From positions 1-64,000 of IMG/VR virus record IMGVR_UViG_3300017917_003583: DNA of 64,000 bases. One strand, written 5' to 3'. Position numbers and translations under genes: made by a program. Shown here piece by piece: positions 1-10,055 of the stretch. Position 1 is the first letter of the stretch, and every line of letters begins with the position of its first letter. The stretch comes from a virus. The notes beneath the pieces are model-generated. The model had not been told where the DNA came from, did no database searches, and saw nothing but the letters and a program-made list of their open reading frames with translations.

Positions 1-1674
1 AATCTCGTCAAACAGCACAATGCTGAACGGATGCTTGCTGATGTCTGAGATCAGTTTGCCGCCGCCCACGTTGCCATCTTCAAAGCCCACATAGCCCGGG
101 GGAGCACCAATCAAGCTGGCCACGCTGTGCCGCTCTTGGAACTCGCTCATGTCGTATTTGAGCAGTTGCATGTCCAGGTTGGTGGCCAACAAGCGAGCCA
201 GTTCGGTCTTGCCTGTGCCAGTTGGGCCCAGGAACAAGAAGCTGGCCATGGGTCGCGACTCATTGCCAATGCCGGCAAAGTTGATGTAAACACGCTCCAA
301 CACTGCATCCACTGCGGCATCCTGCCCATACAGCCGTTGCTTGATGTTGCTTTCCAGTTCCACGATCTTGGCACTGCGCTCGTTTTGCAGTTTGTCTGTG
401 GGCACGCCTGTGACACGACTCAGTTGTTGCTCGATCATGCCCCGAGTGATGGTGACCAGGCCCGCATCTTTCACGCGCTCTCGGGCGCAGGCAGCATCAA
501 TGAGGTCAATGCTCTTGTCGGGGTTTTTGCGATCATGAATGTAGCGATTGGCTAGATCCACTGCAGCACTCACAGCTTCGGGCTCGATCAACACGTTGTG
601 GAACTGTTCCAGTCTTGGGCTCAGGCCCAGCAGGATCTGCTCGGTGGTTGCTGCATCGGGCTCGTCAATGCTGAGACGATAGAAACGGCGCATGAGCGCA
701 CGGTCTTTTTCAAAGCTCTCGTAGTATTCTTCCCAGGTGGTAGACGCCACGATTTTGAGTGTGCCCTTGGTGATCACTGGCTTGAGCATGTTGGCAAAGT
801 CCAGGCTGGAGTTGGATCCCGAACCCGCGCCGCGCATGGTGTGAGCTTCGTCAATGAACAAGATGCAGTTCTTCTTGGCTTCCAGAGCAGCAATCACCTG
901 TTTGAACTTTTCTTCAAACTCGCCGCGATATTTCGATCCAGCCAGCAAGCTGCCGATTTCCAGGCTCCAGACTTCGTGTCCTTTCAAGAACTCGGGCACC
1001 CGTCCGGCTTGGATTTCTTGCACCAGCCCTTCGATGATGGCAGTCTTGCCCACACCCGGGTCGCCCACCAAGAGCACGTTGCTTTTGAAGCGTCGTGCCA
1101 GGTTGGCCACCATTTCTTCCAGTTCAGTAGCACGACCAATCATGGGTTCGAGTTGCGCCTTGGTCGCACGTTCGGTGAGATTGGTGCAGTACTCGCTCAA
1201 TACTTCGCTGGCTTGGTTGGACGTCATTTTGCCGGTGGCCTCGTGATTGTAATGTTCTTGCCAGAAGTCAATGAATTCATGTTTGCTGACTCCGTGTTTG
1301 AGCAAGAAGTAGTGTGCATGACTGTTGCCTTCGGCCATGATCGACAGGAACAGATCAATGGTGGTCAGTGTTCTGCGGCCAGTAAACACCACCTGAACAT
1401 TGGCTCGGTTGAACACTCGTTCCAGGGCATGTGTCTTTTTTGGTGTGGTGTCAATGTCGGTGTTGATGCTGGCGCTGATGCGATTTAGATACTGGTCAAT
1501 ATCAGCTTCCAACGCGGCGTTGTTGACGCCAAAGTCAGCCAGAGTTTTCTTGAATGGAGGGTGGGTTACCAAACTCAACAGCAGGTGTTCGGTAGTCACA
1601 TATTGGTGATTCCGGTCACGTGCCTGGGTTACACTGTTTTCGATGATGGTTTCAATTTCAGGGCTGACGTTCAT
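1..1674 (-). CDS. clpA: ClpA-like AAA+ unfoldase/chaperone, gene open at window edge (C-terminus beyond position 1)
   Basis: Absent from ORF track because it has no stop inside the window. Minus-strand translation from the ATG at 1674 gives an N-domain, then Walker A GDPGVGKTAI and a second AAA module GPTGTGKTELA, typical of ClpA-class double-ring ATPases. Confidence 0.75.
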   Translation of the reverse strand, partial: MNVSPEIETIIENSVTQARDRNHQYVTTEHLLLSLVTHPPFKKTLADFGVNNAALEADIDQYLNRISASINTDIDTTPKKTHALERVFNRANVQVVFTGRRTLTTIDLFLSIMAEGNSHAHYFLLKHGVSKHEFIDFWQEHYNHEATGKMTSNQASEVLSEYCTNLTERATKAQLEPMIGRATELEEMVANLARRFKSNVLLVGDPGVGKTAIIEGLVQEIQAGRVPEFLKGHEVWSLEIGSLLAGSKYRGEFEEKFKQVIAALEAKKNCILFIDEAHTMRGAGSGSNSSLDFANMLKPVITKGTLKIVASTTWEEYYESFEKDRALMRRFYRLSIDEPDAATTEQILLGLSPRLEQFHNVLIEPEAVSAAVDLANRYIHDRKNPDKSIDLIDAACARERVKDAGLVTITRGMIEQQLSRVTGVPTDKLQNERSAKIVELESNIKQRLYGQDAAVDAVLERVYINFAGIGNESRPMASFLFLGPTGTGKTELARLLATNLDMQLLKYDMSEFQERHSVASLIGAPPGYVGFEDGNVGGGKLISDISKHPFSIVLFDEI

Positions 1675-1734
1675 AAGATCTCCTTGCTGTGATTTTAATA
1701 CTTAACAGCATTCAACGCAAGTGATCTGATAACA

Positions 1735-2520
1735 TTACCGGTGATTTTGCACCGCTTGCAGCAGTTCTGGAGAAATTTGGTCAGGTATGAACGCCTGTAT
1801 CCGAACCATGCAGTCGCCGCGCTGGCCTTTGGTGTCCTGCAGACCCTGTCCTCGCAGTCTCAAAACCTGGGATGGTTGGCATCTAGGTGGAATGGTCACC
1901 ACCAGGTGATTGCCAGTAACGCTGGTCAGCGGCTGTTCGGATCCCAGCAGCAGATCCCAAATGCACACCCGAATTGTTGTGGACAAATTCAGTCCGTCAC
2001 GGTGCCAATCTGGGTTGGGCTTGATTTTGAACTGAGCCACCAGGTCCATGCCACCGGGGGCAATGCCTGGATATTGCACAGCATCGCCGTCATCCACGCC
2101 CATGGGTATTTTTATTTCGGCTGTGGTGGACCCAGCATCAGTTGATACCGAAATGGTTTTGGACACGCCGCGAGCTATGTCTTCAAGTGTGACCCACAAC
2201 AACACCCGCACATGGTTTCTTCTAGGCGGTTGTCTGAATTGGAAGCCGCCGCGCTCGAACATGTTGAATATATCATGTATGTTGCCTGGGCCACCTGCAC
2301 CCCCAAAATTGTGGAAATTGAATGTTTCGGGTGGACGGTCGTATTCGGCTCGTCGCGCAGGATCACTCAACACTGAATAAGCAGTCTGAATTTCCTGGAA
2401 CCGTGCGGTATCACCGCCGCGGTCAGGATGATGCTGACTGGCCAAACGGCGATAGGCCTGCTTGATTTCGTCTGGTGTGGCAGTGCGGCTCACACCCAGG
2501 GTTGCATAGTGGTCACTCAT
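1735..2520 (-). CDS. J-domain (DnaJ-like) co-chaperone
   Basis: N-terminal J domain with HPD motif (YRRLASQHHPDRGGD). The C-terminal part is not a canonical DnaJ. Confidence 0.8.
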   Translation of the reverse strand: MSDHYATLGVSRTATPDEIKQAYRRLASQHHPDRGGDTARFQEIQTAYSVLSDPARRAEYDRPPETFNFHNFGGAGGPGNIHDIFNMFERGGFQFRQPPRRNHVRVLLWVTLEDIARGVSKTISVSTDAGSTTAEIKIPMGVDDGDAVQYPGIAPGGMDLVAQFKIKPNPDWHRDGLNLSTTIRVCIWDLLLGSEQPLTSVTGNHLVVTIPPRCQPSQVLRLRGQGLQDTKGQRGDCMVRIQAFIPDQISPELLQAVQNHR

Positions 2521-2589
2521 GTGTGTATGGACAAAAGAAAACGCCCTGTGTAGTTATACAGGGCGCGAGTGAATGCAAATCAAAGTCAG

Positions 2590-2811
2590 TTACTTTTTGG
2601 GCACCGCAGTGGCGTCCTCTAGTTTCTTGTGCTTTTTCACAGTCATGCAGCGTTGTTTGACTTTGCCGTCCTTTTCCAACACAGGTTGCCCTTGTCGGTC
2701 CTTGACGTCAACACAAACTTTCACAGTCTCTTTGGGTTCGGCTTTGGCGTCTTGTGCCAGTGCAGGTGCAGCCGCAAATGCCAAGGCCAGTGCTAGTACG
2801 AGTGATTTCAT
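2590..2811 (-). CDS. small secreted protein
   Basis: Signal peptide MKSLVLALALAFAAAPALA; GGAGAAACT RBS before the ATG. Confidence 0.5.
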   Translation of the reverse strand: MKSLVLALALAFAAAPALAQDAKAEPKETVKVCVDVKDRQGQPVLEKDGKVKQRCMTVKKHKKLEDATAVPKK

Positions 2812-2820
2812 AGTTTCTCC

Positions 2821-3318
2821 TTAAATTTCTGGGAATTCGGTTTGGCGTGGAGGTGCCTTGCGTCCACCGTATCCTACCTCAACTGCAGCAGGTGCAGGCT
2901 CAGGTGTCCAACTGGGTTGTGGTGCCATGCTAGGTGCAGCAGCGACCGACTGTCGTGGTGCAGGGGCAATCACAGTGGCTGGGGCATTGTCGCTCATCTT
3001 GCCCTTGACATATGCAGTACCGCCGATGAACACAGTGACAATGGTGCCCATGGCAGCCACGTAGGTGGTGGCAATGCCCATGATGGCACTGATTTTCTCC
3101 ACATCCACAAACGGCAACAGCATGAACATCATGAGCGCTACTGGCAGACCCAGGGCAAACCATGCCATGAGTCGTTGCTGATCCTGCAGCTTGTCCATGT
3201 TCTCCAGGGCCATCATGCGTTCGCTGCGGTCCAGTTCATTGTCGGTCACGATCCCGTCACCGTCACTGTCGTATTGATTCCAGTATGAATCGTTTTGTAA
3301 TTGTTTTGGTTTTCCCAT
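2821..3318 (-). CDS. membrane protein with EF-hand-like calcium-binding loop
   Basis: DSDGDGIVTDNELD loop followed by two hydrophobic helices; GGAG RBS. Confidence 0.5.
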   Translation of the reverse strand: MGKPKQLQNDSYWNQYDSDGDGIVTDNELDRSERMMALENMDKLQDQQRLMAWFALGLPVALMMFMLLPFVDVEKISAIMGIATTYVAAMGTIVTVFIGGTAYVKGKMSDNAPATVIAPAPRQSVAAAPSMAPQPSWTPEPAPAAVEVGYGGRKAPPRQTEFPEI

Positions 3319-3339
3319 TGGTTGGCTCCGGCTGTTGTT

Positions 3340-3960
3340 TTAGTGTGTCATCACATGCAGTGCGTGATTGTAGTGTTTGATTCGATCCTCAAGACCAATG
3401 AATCCGCCGTTGATGGCGCGAGTCATGCCTCGAATGTCATCGGCGTCGGCAAAGCGATTGATGTTGTTCTGTTCCCAGAAGAAACATGCACTCTGCGCAG
3501 CACCTTCAAAAGTGCTCAAGTAGTCAGCAGCTTCCTCTACAGGAATACCCAAGCTGCCAGCAAAGAAAGTGTAGTTGTCCTTGCCAGTCAATTGAATCAA
3601 CCCACGCCCGCGATAGCGCCAACCATCGCCCGATGCTTCGTCGCCATTGCCCATGCGATTGGCATACACACGGTTGGCAATCATCTGTGGCTTGCGCTCG
3701 TATTGGCGTGCAATTTCGTCAGTGGGGAAATATTTGGCAAATGTCTTGCGCAGGCTGGCAGCACGATAGTTGAGGTTTTCTTCGATAAAGCGAAACTCAG
3801 CAGACTCATGAGCGCACTGCGCCACAAATGCAGCCACACGGCGTGGCGTGTCAATTCCGTAGTCGGGCAACAGTTGATCCAGTGCTTCGTGCCATTCCTT
3901 CACATACGGATTGCGAGGGATCATTTGTTTGAGTTTGTCTAGTGTGAGTATTGAACTCAT
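3340..3960 (-). CDS. glycoside hydrolase family 19 (chitinase-like) endolysin
   Basis: Motifs AAFVAQCAHES and GRGLIQLTGKDNY. Start reassigned to the internal ATG at 3960 (MSSILTL), which is preceded by an AAGGAG RBS; the longer ORF call reads through the RBS. Confidence 0.75.
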   Translation of the reverse strand: MSSILTLDKLKQMIPRNPYVKEWHEALDQLLPDYGIDTPRRVAAFVAQCAHESAEFRFIEENLNYRAASLRKTFAKYFPTDEIARQYERKPQMIANRVYANRMGNGDEASGDGWRYRGRGLIQLTGKDNYTFFAGSLGIPVEEAADYLSTFEGAAQSACFFWEQNNINRFADADDIRGMTRAINGGFIGLEDRIKHYNHALHVMTH

Positions 3961-3973
3961 GCGGGGCTCCTTG

Positions 3974-4252
3974 TTAATTGTTCTTGCCAACAGAATCGTG
4001 AATGCGCTTTTGGCGTGCATACCAGTCGTTCCAGGCATCTGCACGTATGGCACACTCGTAATACAGTTGATAGTTTTCGGTCACTGATCGTGCCACTTCA
4101 CTCAGAGTGGGCTTTTCGGGCAACTTGCGGAGATCAGGACAGGGTTGTTGAGCCAACTCACCAGGTGGCTCGGGGAATGACGTTTTGACCGGAACAGTGG
4201 TGCTGCATCCAGCCAACAAAGCCAGGCACAGCACGGCGATGGTGTGTTTCAT
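3974..4252 (-). CDS. outer-membrane spanin lipoprotein (Rz1-like, non-embedded)
   Basis: Signal peptide plus lipobox LLAGC; proline-rich; overlaps the upstream gene by 4 nt. Confidence 0.6.
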   Translation of the reverse strand: MKHTIAVLCLALLAGCSTTVPVKTSFPEPPGELAQQPCPDLRKLPEKPTLSEVARSVTENYQLYYECAIRADAWNDWYARQKRIHDSVGKNN

Positions 4253-4725
4253 TTGGCAGGCCTTTCTGCAGCCGAGTTCACAGCTGATACAAATTCAGGG
4301 GGGATTTCGCATGCGCCACCGGGCACAAACTGTGTGTCGTATTTGACCACTTCACGATCAATGTACTTGACCACTTCCTTGCCACGCTCGCGAACCACTT
4401 GAGTCTGTGTGATCACACGCTCTTCGATCACGGTGTTGACCTGTTGGGATTGAGTCTGAGCCGCTGCCAGCTGAGTTTCCAGCTCGGCCACGCGATCGCG
4501 CCAGGACTGCTCGTTGGCTCGAGCTCCGTATGCATACACACCCAGCACCAGCAGCACCACCCCGGCAATTTCCAACACACGGTTGTATCGTGCCAGCATG
4601 GGAATCCAGCGCCAGATCTTGCTCATGGCATACAACACTGCACCAGCGCCCAGCACAGCATAAACCAAGGCAGTTATCCAGAAATCTGATAAGAATTGAA
4701 AAATCCACATGCCAATATTTAGCAT
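4249..4725 (-). CDS. inner-membrane spanin-like protein
   Basis: N-terminal TM helices then a coiled-coil segment (ELETQLAAAQTQSQQ), immediately upstream of the o-spanin. Confidence 0.45.
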   Translation of the reverse strand: MLNIGMWIFQFLSDFWITALVYAVLGAGAVLYAMSKIWRWIPMLARYNRVLEIAGVVLLVLGVYAYGARANEQSWRDRVAELETQLAAAQTQSQQVNTVIEERVITQTQVVRERGKEVVKYIDREVVKYDTQFVPGGACEIPPEFVSAVNSAAERPAK

Positions 4726-4768
4726 GTGGATGGTGGTTTTGATCAGTGCAGTAAACTATGCCGTTTAC

Positions 4769-5374
4769 TCAACGAATTCCTGCGGCGCTCTGCAAAAACT
4801 CAACGTCTTGCTTGACTTCGTGAATTCGCTTTTCGGGCAGGCCAGCGGCAGTGCGCCACTCGTTAAGGTCGTTTTCGGTTTGTGCGCGATATTCTGCAGC
4901 CGACAACGGCACTGTCTTGGCAAACTTTTCTTCACTCCAGGGCCAGGTTCGTTCTTGGTAGTGAACCATCCAGTCACTGGGCTCAAACTCAGTCAGTGTA
5001 CCAAGATCGTCTAGCAGTTGCTGAATGCTCTCGGGAGCAGATTTGCGACGGCGTATTTCCACATACACTAGAAATCGATTGGGCTTGATTTCGCCTGGAC
5101 TGCGATCAGCATCCAGTACAAAGTCATATCCCTTTTCAAACCAACCCACCAGATCCTTGGCCGCTTGCTTGTCGCGAACAAAGAAGCTGATCACAATGAT
5201 GTCTTCGTCCTCGCCCATTTTTGAGCTGAACTCGTCCACGTGAATGGTGGGCTTCATCAAGCCATCAAGGTCTTTGTACTGAAGACCTTCAAGCAATCGG
5301 CGGGAGGCCGGGGACTGGTGCTGTTTGCTGTGCATTTGGTGCCTGCTGAGTGTTCTGATATTCTTCTTTGTCAA
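4769..5374 (-). CDS. hypothetical protein
   Basis: Long ORF. It overlaps the upstream gene by 86 nt and no RBS-supported internal start was found, so the start is unresolved. Confidence 0.4.
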   Translation of the reverse strand: MTKKNIRTLSRHQMHSKQHQSPASRRLLEGLQYKDLDGLMKPTIHVDEFSSKMGEDEDIIVISFFVRDKQAAKDLVGWFEKGYDFVLDADRSPGEIKPNRFLVYVEIRRRKSAPESIQQLLDDLGTLTEFEPSDWMVHYQERTWPWSEEKFAKTVPLSAAEYRAQTENDLNEWRTAAGLPEKRIHEVKQDVEFLQSAAGIR

Positions 5375-5930
5375 GATCCTGCTCGTATGCAGAATCTAGA
5401 TCCTGAAGATCAATGTCCTGATCTTCCATTTCAATACTGCCGGTGCGAATCTCACTCATGAGAGTCTTGGGCATGACTATTTCTACCAGCCAAACGTCAC
5501 GTTCGATCATCTTGGCTTTTTTGGTACCTGCGCGGTAATCGCTGGGATCGTCAATCTTGATTGGGATTTTGATTTTCTGTCGTTTGTAAGTCACATCGCA
5601 ATCAAACGGTAACAAACGACGGGCTCCGCGTGGGTCCGGCATCAACTTGAGCGGCCACATAAAGGTGGCACTGACTCGATACTTGCCAATCTCGGGACCA
5701 GCCACCAGCTCGCCAATTTCCCAGTTGCGGAATGCATAGATGTCCATTTCGTCAAGCACTCGTTCAAAATCCAGCAGTGCACTGAGGCTGCCATCGCTCA
5801 TGTAGATGTTGCGAATGTTGTCGGCCACCTGCCAGTAATCTTCGTGATTCTTGAACAGTTCCTTGTCGTGGATTCCGTGTTTGTTACGTGTTTGCATGAT
5901 GCTGTATTTATTGTCGGTCAAACAAAGCAC
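5289..5930 (-). CDS. hypothetical protein with acidic C-terminal tail
   Basis: 213-aa ORF with acidic stretch EDQDIDLQDLDSAYEQDLDKEE. Confidence 0.45.
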   Translation of the reverse strand: MLCLTDNKYSIMQTRNKHGIHDKELFKNHEDYWQVADNIRNIYMSDGSLSALLDFERVLDEMDIYAFRNWEIGELVAGPEIGKYRVSATFMWPLKLMPDPRGARRLLPFDCDVTYKRQKIKIPIKIDDPSDYRAGTKKAKMIERDVWLVEIVMPKTLMSEIRTGSIEMEDQDIDLQDLDSAYEQDLDKEEYQNTQQAPNAQQTAPVPGLPPIA

Positions 5931-6065
5931 ATACTTTGGTGTTTGCTGGTCTACAGCCTAATACTTATACCGATGCCTGCTGTCGAATAGTCTACATAGA
6001 TATCAAAACTTGTTGCCGTAAATATTTTTGTTCACAGCAGTGAACATCCAAAGGAGACATATACT

Positions 6066-6797
6066 TTGAGTAGAAACAGAGCCGACAAGGCACATCGACG
6101 TATGACACAAGTTGAAAATACCATCAGTTTTGAGCAAGCGGCCAAGCCACAAGCTAGGCGCATTGACTTGGTCCCGAGAACTCGGAATCAGGAACAGCTG
6201 GTATTGGCGCTGCAAGACGCTGAACAACACATTGTGGTCACATATGGACCGGCAGGCACAGGCAAAACATATCTAGCCATGCTGGCGGCCATCAAGGCAC
6301 TTAAACAAGGAGATTGCGAACGAATTATCATGACACGACCTGCTGTGGAAGTCGAGGGCGAACAGCACGGGTTTTTGCCTGGCAACCTGGTTGCCAAGAT
6401 GGAACCTTGGACCCGTCCCTTGCTTGACGTCATGCGCGAATACTATCGACCGCAAGACATTTTGGCCATGATAGAAGACCAAGTTGTGGAAATTGCGCCC
6501 CTGGCATACATGCGCGGCCGCACCTTCAAAAATGCATGGATCATTGCTGACGAGATGCAGAATGCCACCCCAGCACAGGCCAAAATGCTCATGACCCGTA
6601 TCGGTACAAATTCGCGTATTGTGATCACCGGAGATGTCGAGCAGGCCGACCGCCAGAGCGGAGAAAACGGCTTGTTGGATCTGTGCGATCGATTGCAAAA
6701 GACGCCAGTGCATGGCATGGCTCTTTGCCCCATGACCAGCCGAGATGTTCAACGTCACCGAATCATTGGCGACGTGTTAAAACTTTACGCAGACTGA
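6066..6797 (+). CDS. phoH: PhoH-like ATPase
   Basis: Walker A GPAGTGKT and PhoH core. TTG start preceded by AAGGAGA; an alternative ATG lies at 6102. Confidence 0.85.
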   Translation: MSRNRADKAHRRMTQVENTISFEQAAKPQARRIDLVPRTRNQEQLVLALQDAEQHIVVTYGPAGTGKTYLAMLAAIKALKQGDCERIIMTRPAVEVEGEQHGFLPGNLVAKMEPWTRPLLDVMREYYRPQDILAMIEDQVVEIAPLAYMRGRTFKNAWIIADEMQNATPAQAKMLMTRIGTNSRIVITGDVEQADRQSGENGLLDLCDRLQKTPVHGMALCPMTSRDVQRHRIIGDVLKLYAD

Positions 6798-7396
6798 TCG
6801 GAGGTAATCAACTGGTAAATTTCTGACCAATTCTTGACTTTGGGATACGGGCACTCGTGATTCATGTTGTGCCCGTGCTCAATCAAGATGCTGCGGAGTC
6901 CAAGGCTGTGCCCCACATCGGCATTTTCTGTCTTGTCCTCGATCCACCACAAGCCTGAATCACGATATCGGATCAATTCGGGAGTCTTGTCGGCATTGAC
7001 ATCCAAACAAATCACACTCTCAATGGCATTGCCATACAGCTGACGCAGGTTCATTTCCCTCAACTGTTTGACCCTGGGATCCAAGCTCACACTGGTGATC
7101 ACACGGAATCGGTAGCTGTGTTCTTCATACAAGCGACGAACATAGTGCACACTGTCTCGCACAGGGCCCAAGAAGCCAATGGCCGCAGTTTCGTTAAAGA
7201 TCCTGCACAGCTTGCCCACATCGTCGGGCGCCAAATCGTAGTAGTGTTGATGCAGTGCGTAGCTGATCTTGCCAGCTTGATTGAACTCGTAGCCGCGTTC
7301 GCTCATCCAGGCACGGAACGCCCACTCCCAGTCCAGAAGAACGCCATCACCGTCCGTCAAAATAAGTTTGTCTTTCATATTACCCCAGTCTGGCAT
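6785..7396 (-). CDS. HAD-superfamily hydrolase, 5'(3')-deoxyribonucleotidase-like
   Basis: Motif I DGDGVLLDW near the N-terminus; start may be 7378. Confidence 0.6.
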   Translation of the reverse strand: MPDWGNMKDKLILTDGDGVLLDWEWAFRAWMSERGYEFNQAGKISYALHQHYYDLAPDDVGKLCRIFNETAAIGFLGPVRDSVHYVRRLYEEHSYRFRVITSVSLDPRVKQLREMNLRQLYGNAIESVICLDVNADKTPELIRYRDSGLWWIEDKTENADVGHSLGLRSILIEHGHNMNHECPYPKVKNWSEIYQLITSDQSA

Positions 7397-7414
7397 TACT
7401 TTAATAAATAAATT

Positions 7415-8092
7415 ATGTTCAAAGAAAACAAGTATTCGCGCACATACTATAACATAATCAACCGAGCGAAGTCAAGAGTGATACCTAAAGAAATTTATAC
7501 GGAAGCACACCATATCATTCCAAAGTCATTAGGAGGGACTGATGACCGCTCAAATATTGCAGTGCTCACCGCTAGGGAGCATTATATTTGTCATTTGCTT
7601 TTGCCAAAAATGACACAAGGGCCAGCATACCACAAAATGATTCGAGCGCATGTCATAATGTCAGGAAGAAAAATATACGGGTCAAGAGTCTATGCATCCT
7701 ACAGGGAAGAATATTCAAAAATAGCTGGAAAGCCGGGTCCTCTTAACCCGATGTGGGGCGTAGATAGATCCGGCGAAAAAAACACGTTCTATGGAAGAAA
7801 ACACTCTATTGAAACCAAGATGAAAATATCCGAGGGACAGAAAAGAAGAAAGAAAGACCGTCCCGAGACATTTAAATCATATAACCGCACCGACGAGCAT
7901 AAACAAGCGGCAAGTAACAGGGCAAAGGCCCAGGCTGCCAAATACACCTTTGAACATCCAGATCATGGAAGATTCTACGGAACGACAGGCGATCTTGCAA
8001 CCGCCTATCAATTTAGTAAAACGTCAGAGGCATACAAATTAGCCAAGGGCATTTACAAAACCTACAAAGGGTGGAAACTTGTTAAGTTGTAG
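7415..8092 (+). CDS. HNH homing endonuclease with NUMOD-like repeats
   Basis: EAHHIIPKSLGGTDDRSNIAVLTAREHYICH motif; repeated NUMOD3-like GRKHSIETKMKISEG. On the opposite strand to both neighbours. Confidence 0.8.
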   Translation: MFKENKYSRTYYNIINRAKSRVIPKEIYTEAHHIIPKSLGGTDDRSNIAVLTAREHYICHLLLPKMTQGPAYHKMIRAHVIMSGRKIYGSRVYASYREEYSKIAGKPGPLNPMWGVDRSGEKNTFYGRKHSIETKMKISEGQKRRKKDRPETFKSYNRTDEHKQAASNRAKAQAAKYTFEHPDHGRFYGTTGDLATAYQFSKTSEAYKLAKGIYKTYKGWKLVKL

Positions 8093-8519
8093 GATCAGTT
8101 TCATTTGTGCTCTCGGCAGGAACTGGTTGGCCTGCATACATGGCCTGGGCCTGCTCCATGGTGAACTGCCCTGATGTGGTCACCGCTGTGAGAAACTCTT
8201 CTTCCTCGGCAGTGACGGCATCAGATGCGGGCTGATCTGGTGCAGCCTCAGAGGTCACTCGTTCAACTGCAAATCCGTTTTCAGCAAACAGGCGTTGAAT
8301 GATGTGTTCGTAATGCTGCATGTAGTATTCCACAATGCGATGAAAGTCCTTGGGCACAGTGGTGTCGCCCATGCTGGCCTTGATCACTTGCAACCGACGG
8401 AAATCCAAGATCACATTGCAGGTTTGCAAGTCACGTGGCTTGAGGTTGCGGGCCACAGCCATGGCCTCGTCGATTTGGCCATTGGCCTTGCGGTAGTAAG
8501 TCAGCAGCAGGTATCTCAT
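8082..8519 (-). CDS. hypothetical; positional candidate for clamp-loader small subunit (gp62 position)
   Basis: ATGA-coupled immediately downstream of the RFC-like clamp loader, as in T4 gene order 44-62. No sequence motif recognised. Confidence 0.35.
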   Translation of the reverse strand: MRYLLLTYYRKANGQIDEAMAVARNLKPRDLQTCNVILDFRRLQVIKASMGDTTVPKDFHRIVEYYMQHYEHIIQRLFAENGFAVERVTSEAAPDQPASDAVTAEEEEFLTAVTTSGQFTMEQAQAMYAGQPVPAESTNETDPTT

Positions 8520-9439
8520 TGAATGTTTCCTAGTTCGATCAAGGTGGCGCTGAGGTTGATTTCAACATCGGCCACGGCGTTGTTGTTGACCAGACCATTG
8601 CGAATGATCACAATGGCTTGGTCTTGCTTTTCTGGGGTATCTCCCCAAAGGTCAAGATTGTCGTACATCCAGCGAAAGATGTCTTCGGCTTCTTCGGGGC
8701 TGGAGCTTTGGCACAGCAGGGTGCGAGCCTGACGTATCTGGCCACGCTTGAACAAGTCCACACACTCCAACTTCCAGTCCCGTGTGCTCTTGTCAGTGGC
8801 GCTGGGCGGAGCTAGTGATCCCGAAGCTGAGTTAAGTTGCACTAAGTTCAGGCATTTGCGAAGATCGGGATAGGTGGCCTTGACATAGCTGTCCAAAGTA
8901 TCCAGTTCAAATTGCACACCCTCTTCCACCAGCACAGTGGCCACTCGGGCAGTGAACTCGGTATGGTCTGTTTTGACAATGTGAAAGCCCTGGCACCGAC
9001 TGTGGATCGGTGCAATGATCTTGTGTGGGTAGTTGCAGGTGAGAATGAACCGCACCGAGTCTGAGTACTCTTCCATGAGATTACGCAGAGCAGGTTGTAC
9101 CGACTGCGGGTTCATGTAGTCTGCTTCGTCAATCAGCACCACCTTGAACTTGCCAAACGGCATGGTCTGACAGAAGCTGATCAAGCGGTCCACCCACTCA
9201 AGTTTGCGAGCTTCTTTGGAGCCGTTTGCGTACATCACATCGTACTCTTCGATGCCCAACTCGTTGATCAGCAGTTTGGCCAGGGTGGTCTTGCCGGTGC
9301 CGGCACTGCCACTCAGCATCAGGTGTGGGATCGACCCATCACGAATCCAGCTCTGCACCTGTTCGCGCTGCGCATCGTCCACAAACACATAGCCGTCTAC
9401 GGTTTTTGGTCTCCATTTCTCAACCCAGAGTTCTTTCAT
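8516..9439 (-). CDS. clamp loader large subunit (RFC / gp44-like AAA+)
   Basis: Walker A GSAGTGKTT, Walker B LIDEADY, sensor TCN; AAGGA RBS. Confidence 0.8.
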   Translation of the reverse strand: MKELWVEKWRPKTVDGYVFVDDAQREQVQSWIRDGSIPHLMLSGSAGTGKTTLAKLLINELGIEEYDVMYANGSKEARKLEWVDRLISFCQTMPFGKFKVVLIDEADYMNPQSVQPALRNLMEEYSDSVRFILTCNYPHKIIAPIHSRCQGFHIVKTDHTEFTARVATVLVEEGVQFELDTLDSYVKATYPDLRKCLNLVQLNSASGSLAPPSATDKSTRDWKLECVDLFKRGQIRQARTLLCQSSSPEEAEDIFRWMYDNLDLWGDTPEKQDQAIVIIRNGLVNNNAVADVEINLSATLIELGNIQ

Positions 9440-9633
9440 GATTGTCCTTGAGATTTGTCAGTTGATTTGACTTGTTGGGTTTCTTGGTTGTAGCGTGTCA
9501 CACGATCCTGCTCAGAGTCTGACTCGGGCTCGGCTGTGCCAGCACGGTTGCGCCCAAAAATGGCATCCCAGTTTGAAGCAAACTGATCCTGGGTGACCGA
9601 GTACGGACGTGGTCTTGAACCTTTTCCACTCAT
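9436..9633 (-). CDS. hypothetical small protein
   Basis: Internal ATG at 9633 has an AAAGGA RBS; KGSRPRPYSVTQDQFASNWDAIFG. Confidence 0.4.
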   Translation of the reverse strand: MSGKGSRPRPYSVTQDQFASNWDAIFGRNRAGTAEPESDSEQDRVTRYNQETQQVKSTDKSQGQS

Positions 9634-9829
9634 ATGTTCCAATCCTTTCGTGCTTGATCCCACACTCGACGTGGGTTACAGATACACCATGCCCCAATTA
9701 TAAACGGTGCTGCACACAATAGCAACAGCTTTCGGGCAGTTGACAGTTCAATCAGGGGCGGGTGATGTGGGCAGCGGCCTTGACGATGGTCGCAGGCAGC
9801 ACTGGGCTGTTGGCCGCAGGTGCTGCATT

Positions 9830-10054
9830 TTACCGTTTGAGAATATTGATCAGTCGCTGTTGTTCCCATTGTGCTTCATCGTAAAATTCAGGGAGGGAGG
9901 GGTACGCATCATCCAACAGACATTTTAACTGATACAGTTGATACTTGCAATTCATTTGAGTGTATCCGTCGTTGCGTGGATCCTCTATTTCACGGATGCA
10001 ACGACGGATTTCTTGTTCGGCCAAACTGAGATTTGGCGAGCGACCGATGGTCAT
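9830..10054 (-). CDS. hypothetical small protein
   Basis: Start reassigned to MTIGRS at 10054, directly after the GroES-like stop. Confidence 0.35.
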   Translation of the reverse strand: MTIGRSPNLSLAEQEIRRCIREIEDPRNDGYTQMNCKYQLYQLKCLLDDAYPSLPEFYDEAQWEQQRLINILKR

Positions 10055-10055
10055 G

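Noticed and set aside
598-1488. Long plus-strand ORFs in the six-frame track (598..1488, 21850..22545, 23942..24793, 25794..26807, 27093..27734, 35124..35738, 48409..49701, 50816..51862, 54659..55546 and similar)
   Set aside because: Each lies antisense to a minus-strand gene with recognisable domains and RBS-supported starts. They lack RBSs and have low-complexity composition (His/Gln/Cys-rich), typical of shadow ORFs.
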